The notes under the pieces: generated by a model
Database searches by the model: none
Seen by the model: only the letters and a program-made list of their open reading frames with translations
What the model was told of the DNA's origin: nothing
Program-made: the position numbers and the translations under genes
In this document: in pieces, positions 1 through 28,388 of the stretch
Position numbering within the stretch: the stretch's first letter is position 1
Layout of the letters: the number at the start of each line of letters is the position of its first letter
Source: Sminthopsis crassicaudata
Lineage: Eukaryota
Length of the DNA stretch: 64,000 bases
Assembly: GCF_048593235.1 (NCBI RefSeq)
Contig: NC_133617.1
Location: 420,092,958 to 420,156,957 of the forward strand
Reading direction: 5' to 3'

Positions 1-257
1 CAGCCAGCGCCAGCCCCGGCCCACAGCTGCACCCTCTGCCTGCCCCCGGCCTTTCCCCTCATCCCAACTTCTGTGCCTTCACCCGGGGGCCAGGCTCCCC
101 TCCCCCGGATCCAGTCCCCTCCCCCCCCAGTCCGGCCCTGCCCCTTCCCGCCGCCGTCCCGTTCTTCCTGGTTCCGCCCCGCGCCCTGGGCCGCCTCAGC
201 CCCACCTGAGCTACTCGGGGATCTCCCGCTTGCCGGCCCGCCCTCCAGGTCACTCAC

Positions 258-340
258 TCGTTAGCTCTCCGGGTTCCCGGGTCCGGGGTCCGGCCTCGCC
301 CTCCCGCCGACTGACGAACTCTCTGCCACTTCCGTCCCCG
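258..340 (-). other. TLN1: Candidate non-coding first exon of talin-1 (TLN1)
   Basis: Minus-strand GTGAGT donor at 257-252 just downstream of an ETS motif inside the CpG island. Gene identity from synteny only; no TLN1 CDS in the window; 5' end approximate. Confidence 0.5.
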
Positions 341-722
341 GAGCGCGTTCCCCCCCCTCCCCCCGCTCCTGACCCGTGGGCGGCGCCCTGGGCCCGCCCC
401 TTTACGGCTCTGCTAGCTGCAGGAAGCTGCTCTGGCCCCAGCTCTCTATGCCTGGAGCGGGTCGAGAGACCCGGCGACTCCCCTGCAGCGGGAGGGAAAC
501 GCCGGGCACGCATGCGCGGGCGTGGGTCCAAGGTTTAGTTCCTGCGCGCAGCCTAGCGGACCCGAGCCGCCACCGCGTAATCTCGGGCTAGTCTAGCGGT
601 GGGGGTGGGGACCGGGAGCCCCGCCCTAAGGAGAAAGGAAATGCACCCCGCCCGCCGCCCTGGTTTTTCTCGTAGCCTCCAGCATTTTGGACCAACTTCC
701 CAGCCTGGGGAAGGCGCTTTAC

Positions 723-796
723 CTCTGGCCCCTCCCGCTCCCTTCCGGACTCGGAGGGCCCCGCCTCACCAGACCGCTCCCGAGCCGCTCCCGCCT
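723..796 (-). other. TLN1: Candidate TATA-driven alternative first exon (TLN1 orientation)
   Basis: Minus-strand TATATAA at 823-817, CA initiator at ~797/796, donor AG|GTAAAG at 722 (second possible donor CTG|GTGAGG at 769). Confidence 0.45.
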
Positions 797-1172
797 GCCC
801 CTCAGCGCAGCTGCACTTATATAGCCGGGCTCTGTTTGTGCTGCGTGTGTCATGTGTGAGTGTCCCGCGGACGGAGTTCCCCTTCCGCCCCCCGAGAGCA
901 GGGCCTGCTTGTGGCAGGGAGACTTCCTCCCGGGAGTCCCAGACACACCGGGACAGAGGGACAGCAAACGGAAACCACAGTGTGAGAGAGAGCCTGGCTT
1001 TGTGCATAAAGCGTGCGCAGCTGATAACAAGTAACGAAGAATTGTCCTAAGTTAGACGGAAATAGCGTAAAGGAAACGCAGGAAAGCAGCCGAACACTGA
1101 GAAAGCGGAATGACCATCCCGGGCTCAGAACAGTGCGGGCGTGGAACGTGGCACGCCAGATCTGGTCTCGGG

Positions 1173-1175
<3 letters not shown>

Positions 1176-1216
<41 letters not shown>
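1176..1216. repeat. (TG)~20 microsatellite
   Basis: Read directly from sequence. Confidence 0.97.
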
Positions 1217-1217
<1 letters not shown>

Positions 1218-1379
1218 CAATTGGGGAGGAGGATGACGGGAAATGAAAGGACTTCCAGAAAACCTAAAGGAACAAAAGGGAGCGGACTGCATAAGGAGCA
1301 GCAAGCCTGGCAGGGGTTACAAGGCTAGGCGATATGACAGCGGTCAGGGTGCCTCACTACATCCGGTAGAGAGTGAGAA

Positions 1380-1398
1380 ACTACATTTCCCAGCATGC
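1380..1398 (+). promoter_or_regulatory. ZNF143/Staf-type motif
   Basis: ACTACATTTCCCAGCATGC matches the ACTACAnTTCCC/TTCCCAnnATGC motif typical of bidirectional promoters. Confidence 0.75.
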
Positions 1399-1412
1399 TG
1401 TGGGTCTCTGGC

Positions 1413-1420
1413 TGACGTCA
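1413..1420. promoter_or_regulatory. Perfect CRE palindrome
   Basis: TGACGTCA, 14 bp downstream of the ZNF143 motif. Confidence 0.7.
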
Positions 1421-1928
1421 TCCTTGCGGTGTTGGAAGGCTAAATCAGGGTGGAGATTTGGAAAAGGCTACTCAAGCTGGAGGGATCCGACCCGGGTGAT
1501 AGTGGAACCCCAGATTTGGCCAGTCCGTAAAGGAGCGGAAGGTAGGAGATGCGAGGTGAGGCTGGAAACCTGGCAAAGGTTGGTGTGGTGGCCGAGGGGG
1601 TGGAGAAGTGACAATTACAGCCAGAGACGGTGGGTCGGAGGGCGTGCTTGTAGGTATCTAGCTGTCAGCCCTGTTTTGGGGGGCGGAGGCTGAGGTTGGG
1701 CTGGCCTTGGATCTCTGCTCCCGAAGTCCCCCCCTGGGGCTGTAACATGGGGCGGGGAGGGCGGAGAGATGATAGATTGAGCTCTTCCAGCGCAGGGACT
1801 GTCTTTTGCCTTTCTTTGAATTCTCCCTGCTTGGCACGGTGCCCGGCACATTTTGAGTACTTAAGTATTTACTGACTGATACATCTGCTACCTCTCTTCT
1901 CCCTTTTTTCCCCTTCTAGATGTCCGCC

Positions 1929-2057
1929 ATGGAGGCCGTCCTGGACCCAGGTGACAAAGACCTACTGGATTTCCTGAAGGAGGAAGGGGGAGACCTGTGG
2001 GGGATATCTGGGGAAGGGCAAGAGGCCCGGCAGGATGATGGGATGCTGCCTCCTGAA
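1929..2057 (+). CDS. CREB3: CREB3 coding exon 1
   Basis: [21 protein letters not shown]...LPPE; donor GTGAGT. Confidence 0.92.
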
Positions 2058-5000
2058 GTGAGTAGGGACTGAGGCAGGCCTAGTCTTGGTTGGGGTTGGG
2101 GTATGATGTAAATTGAGGGAGAATTGGGACTGATAACTGGGGTGAGAGGAGCAAGACTTGGTTCTGAACTAAGTGGCTGGTACAGGTGCTGAATGAATGG
2201 GAGGCAGAAGAGTTCCTGATGTCCCTGCTGAGCCCTCCCACCTCACAGTCCCTCCCGAGTCCTTCCAGCTACAGCTTCATCCACACTGATCACACCTACT
2301 CCCTGAGCTGGAATGTACAGGCTTCTTCCCAAGACGTCTACATTGATCTAGGTAAGTCTGGCCAGGAGACAAAGGGGTACAGTAGAAAAGGGGAATTAAG
2401 TATAAGAGTGGGTATTCACGGGATAGGCAGGAAGAGGGTTCTGAGGGAGGGACATGGAAAAGGGAATGAAACTAGGAGCCCAGGGTTCTTGATTCAGATT
2501 ATCTTCTTCCTGCAGATGATAGTCTTGAGCATGTGGCTGAAGAATCAAGGGTCTCTTTTCAGATGGAAGAAATGACCTTTAAGGTATCTGGAGGAGGGGC
2601 AAACATTAATGGTTAAGGGGAGATGATCATTCTCATAATTGCAGGATACCTCATCATCTGCACATTTCTCTCTTCTCAAGTTACAACTATACTCTTCCTA
2701 CCTTCCCTCCTATTCTCTCCCACATGTCCTTTTCCTGTTTTCTCTAGCACGAACTTCCTCAGTTGATATTGACAGATGAAGAGAAAAGGCTGCTAACAAA
2801 AGAGGGATTGACCCTTCCTGAAACTCTCCCCCTTACTAAGGTGAGATTCCTTCATGGCCAAGGAGGCATGGTATGCTTAATGTCATTTAATGAAAGTGGA
2901 CATAAAAAGCATGCCTTTCAAATTTACAGGTAACCTGGAATAATGACTAATATTCTATATGTCACCAAATCACATTTTAAAATACCTTAAGTAGAAACAG
3001 TGCACAAATATGGGAAAGAGGGGTGATATTTCCTAACAATTGGTGTGAAAAAGACTCAGTGGCTTTAGCAGGTTGCAAATTCAACATTAGTACTGTGATA
3101 TAGTTTCCAAAAAAAGAAAAGAAATTCTGAACAGCATTAATGTTACCCCAAAAGATAGTAAGCTGCCTGACATATAATAAACTTTATAAATGCTTGTTGA
3201 TGAGCAGGCCTATTCTAGATTGCTCTCAAATCAAATCTGAAAGTAATAATCAGTATGAATAAATAAGTGCTGGAGATACAAATAGAAAACAGCCCCTGCT
3301 CTCAAGGAGTTCACCTTTTTTAATGGTGGAGGACAACACATATGGAAGGATTTAGCTGTTAGTCAGATGGAAAAATCTTATGCTTAGTATGAGTCATTAT
3401 GGGTTCATTAATAATGTCATGTCAGAGTAGACTCATTTCCTTTGATGGATAGATCAGAGTAATGATATGGACACATTGTACTTAGATTTTAGCAAAGCAT
3501 TTAATCTTTTAGACAAGGTAGGAAGATAAGACTGGTATTGATTGTACAGGTAAATGAAACTGGAAAAGAACAAGAAGTCAACAGATATATTTAGCAGGGT
3601 GCTAAGATGCTCTGTCATTTGCTTAGTTCAATATTTCGAAGAGCAGATGACATTGATAAAATTTTCAGCTGATTAAAGGAGTGATTATTATTACTGGCTA
3701 ATATTAGGAGGAATTGTTTCTAGATCAATAACTGAAATCGTTAGAAAAATAGGCCCAATTTAAGATGAAATTTAATAGAAAAAAATATATTACAGTTGGG
3801 TTAAAAAAGTCAACCTCATGTATGTAGGACGGGAGAAACATAAAATAGTAACTTATGTGAAAAGGGACTGGGTGTTTTTAGCATCAAAAGTACTAAGGGA
3901 AAAACAAAACAAAACAAAAAAACCTAGTGATCCAAGTTGCATTATTAATCCCAATGCCTTCTTGTCCAGATCAGGGCACATTTGGAAGACATTAACTTCA
4001 GATGTAAGAGCCATAGTTTAGGAAGGATATTGAAAAACTGGTGTGTATATAGATGGGTAATAACTTGTTTTTACACATTTGGATAATCATGAGGTAGAAG
4101 GATTCTTTTTTGTTCTTGATCTCAGAAAACAGGTTTAAATCAACAGATAACACTTATCAGGAAGCAGATTTTGATTTGATAAGTTTTCTAATGGTATATT
4201 GTCCAAAAGTGGGACCTTGAGTAATTATGTCCCATCCCTAGAAGTTTTCAGACAGGTTGATCCAATTTTTATGGGTGTGGTAGAGAAAACGTGTGCTTGA
4301 CTAGAGGATGTAAGCCCTTCTTATTCTAGGCTTTATGGAATATACACAAAAATACAGGCATAGTTTCCATACCATGTCACATAAGAACAATTGAAGGGAT
4401 GTTTAGTGTGGAAATGAAAAAAGTTTGATCTCATATGTAACAATTATTCTATGTTGCCCCAAACTTGGAACTGAAACCAATGGGTAGAAATTAAAAGAGA
4501 GGTACTTTTTTACATTGTTAGATTCTTGACTCAATGACAATTGACAGCCTTGAGGTAGGTTTTTTTTGTTTTTTTTTTAAACACCAAAGTGTTAAGAGCA
4601 GAGGCTTAGAGATAATCTATTAGCAACATTTATAAGAGATTCCTACATTGGTTGGTAATATCTAAATTACTTTCCAAATCCAAAATTCTATTACTGATGG
4701 CTTGCTTTCTTCTTTGTTCATTTTTGAACTAAGGCAGAGGAGAAAATCTTGAAACGAGTTCGGAGGAAGATTCGGAATAAACAATCAGCTCAAGAAAGTA
4801 GAAGGAAGAAGAAAGTGTATGTGGGAGGGCTGGAAAACAGGTACGCCAGGGGTTGGGGAAAGGAGGGAAGAGACTGCTGTAAGATACTGGATGGGTAGAG
4901 CGTCAGGATACAAATTGAGAGCATATCATATTGAAAGGGGAAAAGACTGGGAACATGCAGTTCCCATGATTGTTCTAGGATCATAGCTTGCACAGCCCAG

Positions 5001-5892
5001 AACCTGGAGTTACAGAAGAAAGTCCAGCTCTTGGAGAAGCAGAATTTGTAAGTAACCACAGAACAATTGGTGCCTCTGTTGTCTTATCTTCTTATACCAC
5101 TATTTCAATGTCATCTTCATATCCCTCACCCCAATTTCATTTTTCTTGGGTGGTGTGTGTATGTGTGTAAATGTTTTATATGTCCTTTCTTCAGGTCCCT
5201 TTTGGATCAGCTAAAGAAGTTCCAGGCTTTGGTAGCTGAAATGACAACTAAATCTACCAGCAATAGCACTTGCATTGTGGTAAGGAATAAACTTACTTCC
5301 CCATCTTTCAATATCAACCCTAAGAATGGGTGGAATGGGATAGGGGACAACATTAAGAAATTCTAATCTCCCAATCTTCCCCGAATCCCCAGGTCCTGCT
5401 CTTCTCCTTCTGCCTCCTCCTCTTTCCTGCCATGTATCCCTCTGAGATTCGGAGCCATCAGCCAGCAACTGTCAGTAAGTGGGGTCAAGGAAGGTTTTGG
5501 GGGCTTTGGCTACATGATCCAGGTGGTTTGGATTAAAGGTTCCTTGACTGGCCCTTGTACTTATTACACTTTGTGGATGTTTTCCCGAAGTGCTGTCCCG
5601 TCAGATCCGGTCTCTTCCCAGTGATAATCTCTCTCTTCTTCTGGAATATCCTGCTTGGCTGACAGAGGAGAAATCAGAGGTCACCTTCAATCCATCAGCA
5701 GATGCAATAACCTCTCTAGCCCCAAACAATTCTTCCTCTGATTCTTTTGCTGGAACAAGTGATGAACAGATTCTAATGCCACCAGACCCAGCCCACTCCA
5801 CTCTTTTGCGTTCAGAGGCCACCAAGAAGCAGGGCTGGACCCCTACTACACCCACTATCATTCTTCGAGGACGGCATTCCAATGAGATGTGA
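1929..5892 (+). CDS. CREB3: Cyclic AMP-responsive element-binding protein 3 (Luman/LZIP), membrane-bound bZIP factor; 366 aa
   Basis: join(1929-2057,2186-2351,2516-2583,2748-2840,4734-4840,4979-5047,5195-5279,5393-5474,5591-5892)=1101 nt. Kozak CCGCCATGG; DHTY HCF-1-binding motif; basic region [21 protein letters not shown]; leucine zipper; [16 protein letters not shown]; S1P-site-like RQIRSL. Confidence 0.97.
2186..2351 (+). CDS. CREB3: CREB3 coding exon 2
   Basis: [15 protein letters not shown]...HTDHTYSL...YIDL; AG/GTAAG. Confidence 0.92.
2516..2583 (+). CDS. CREB3: CREB3 coding exon 3
   Basis: [23 protein letters not shown]; phases 1/0 fit neighbours. Confidence 0.85.
2748..2840 (+). 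CDS. CREB3: CREB3 coding exon 4
   Basis: [31 protein letters not shown]. Confidence 0.95.
3400..4350 (+). mobile_element. Ancient L3/CR1 LINE fragment in CREB3 intron 4
   Basis: Degenerate RT motif TTGTACTTAGATTTTAGCAAAGCATTT (YLDFSKAF) followed by CR1-like 3' sequence; boundaries approximate. Confidence 0.6.
4734..4840 (+). CDS. CREB3: CREB3 coding exon 5 (basic region)
   Basis: [36 protein letters not shown]; AAG acceptor. Confidence 0.95.
4979..5047 (+). CDS. CREB3: CREB3 coding exon 6
   Basis: [22 protein letters not shown]. Confidence 0.95.
5195..5279 (+). CDS. CREB3: CREB3 coding exon 7
   Basis: [28 protein letters not shown]. Confidence 0.95.
5393..5474 (+). CDS. CREB3: CREB3 coding exon 8 (TM)
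   Basis: [27 protein letters not shown]. Confidence 0.93.
5591..5892 (+). CDS. CREB3: CREB3 coding exon 9 (luminal domain, stop)
   Basis: [11 protein letters not shown]...[10 protein letters not shown]; TGA at 5890-5892. Confidence 0.93.
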
Positions 5893-6065
5893 TTATAGAG
5901 GCAGGAATTAAGATGTTGGGCAGACCGAGGTGCTGTAGGAAATGCCCAGAATATCAGGGAAATACTGAACAGGCAAAAGTTGAATGGTTTAGTATATACA
6001 TATACTATCTCCTCATACCTTGTATTATCTCCTTATACTTTTGTGGGCTCCACGTTGTAGATAGC

Positions 6066-6071
6066 AATAAA
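6066..6071 (+). terminator. CREB3 polyadenylation signal (proximal)
   Basis: AATAAA 174 nt after the stop with a U/GU-rich tract at 6131-6155; a second AATAAA lies at 6285-6290. Confidence 0.7.
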
Positions 6072-6145
6072 AATGATATTATCTGAGGCTGGCCCTCCCA
6101 GACCTGAGAATTCATATTATACTCTTTACTGGGTTTTTTGGGTCT

Positions 6146-6151
6146 TTTATT
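6146..6151 (-). terminator. GBA2 polyadenylation signal
   Basis: AATAAA on - strand ~280 nt after the GBA2 stop. Confidence 0.65.
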
Positions 6152-6428
6152 TGTATAGCTATGCCCACTTCCCCACCTAGTTTTGGGTGAGGGGTCTGGC
6201 TCAGGGCATAGAGGTGGGGAAGGGAGTAGCTGAACCTTTGTTAGCATTCCATGCAGCAAAGAATTGGGGAGTGGAGGAAGGGGAAATAAATAAGTGATTG
6301 TGGTGCTTGTGTCTCCCACCCCCAAGGCTCTGCTGGGGGAAGTGGGTGGTGGTAGGTGATTGTCCTGATGGCTCAGGGTTGCAGATGGGGAGGGGGAAGG
6401 TGCACATCAATGTCTCCAGCTTCCTTCA

Positions 6429-27151
<20,723 letters not shown>

Positions 27152-28272
27152 GTCCTTGCTCCTGCGGTCTCGAGCTCTGAGCCCAACGTTAGCCGACTCG
27201 GGCACCGCCTGGTCAAGCTGCTGGCTCAGAGGTGAGCCGGCCTCGCCTCCCGCTCCGCCGCCCTCGGGCTCCCTCGGGTTTCCGGGCGGAGATGGGCTGA
27301 GCCAGGGCCGCAGCGGCGATCACTTCCTTGAATCCTGGGTGGGGACGATCGGACCTAGACCTAGAGGTCATGGGTCCGAGGATGAACTCCACAGGACAGT
27401 GGCAGGCGAGGAGCGGGGAGCCCCTTTATCGGGCCTCTAAGGTCCCTCCCCGCCCTGCGGGAGGACCGGACAGAGGCGCCAGGTCCCAGCCCCTAGGCGG
27501 CCTCCTTCCGGTCCCGGGGGACTAGCAGTCCCGGATCCATTCCCCCCCCCCCTCCCCTCCCCTCCCACCGACTCTTTAGACCGGAATCAGACAGAAGTCC
27601 CGCCTCCCGGGCTGGCGTTGCCACGCGCGTCACGTTACGTTACGCAGCCGAACCGGGGAGACGAGGAAGTGGAGGCACCGGCTGGCCCGGAAATTCGGAG
27701 GTTTGGAGGGGTCCCCGAGGATCTCCGTGGGCGGGTCCTTGGGCCAGCGGCGCTGAAGCCGGGAAGCTGTAAAGAGGGGGGCTTTGGGGAGGGAGGGAAG
27801 ACGGGGACGGGATCGGGAGTGCCCGGGGTGGGGAAGGGTCGCTCCGCCGCGGCCGGCTCGTTTTCTACTTCCCCAGTCTCTCCTTCGGGCCGTCAGGTGT
27901 TTCCCCTCGCCACGGCCTCAGCCGCGCCACGTTTCCCGGATGCCCCCAGGGCCGGGCTCCTACGTCCCCATCCCGGCCGCCTTCTCCCGTCCTCTCCAGA
28001 CTGGCCGGCTGGCAGCCCTATGGGAAGGGCCCGCCTGCCCTGCTCGTGAATTGTCTGCGGGGTTGTGGACCGGGAGCGTCCTCCTTTAGCCCGGGCCCTC
28101 GGAGCGGGGGCTGTCGGTTCTTTGGCGCGGCCCTGCTCCTGGCGCGAAGCAGACCCTTAGGTAAATGCTTGTTGACCCATCCCCCCGCCCCGTGCTCCGC
28201 ACCCCCTGGCCCTCCGTGCTCAGTGCTGACATTTTCTCTCTGCCTGTTCTGTAGAGCCGCTCCGGGGCCGCC

Positions 28273-28388
28273 ATGATTGAGCTGGTGGCAGAGCTGAGCC
28301 GGGGGCCCGTGTTTCTGGCGGGGGAGGCGCTGGAGTGTGTGGTGACTGTCACAAACCCCCTATCTCCCACGGCCACCTCTGCATCCAG
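28273..28388 (+). CDS. RGP1: RGP1 coding exon 1
   Basis: [38 protein letters not shown]. Confidence 0.95.

Larger units (their letters stand above)
1..1150. promoter_or_regulatory. CpG island / bidirectional promoter shared by TLN1 (-) and CREB3 (+)
   Basis: Very GC- and CpG-rich with many GC boxes. ETS motif CGGAAGTGG on - strand at 326-334; NRF1-like CACGCATGCGCG at 507-518. Lies immediately 5' of CREB3, where TLN1 is head-to-head in mammals. Boundaries approximate. Confidence 0.85.

Noticed and set aside
815-824. Possible CArG box (SRF) ACTTATATAG
   Set aside because: Two mismatches from CC(A/T)6GG; better explained as a - strand TATA box.
59-1050. Many Pro/Arg/Gly-rich ORFs in the CpG island
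   Set aside because: Expected from stop-codon scarcity in GC-rich DNA; no recognisable homology.
27152-27205. 18-aa N-terminal extension of GBA2 shown in the ORF track
   Set aside because: It starts at GTG. The first ATG (27151) has a strong Kozak context, and there is no evidence for non-AUG initiation.
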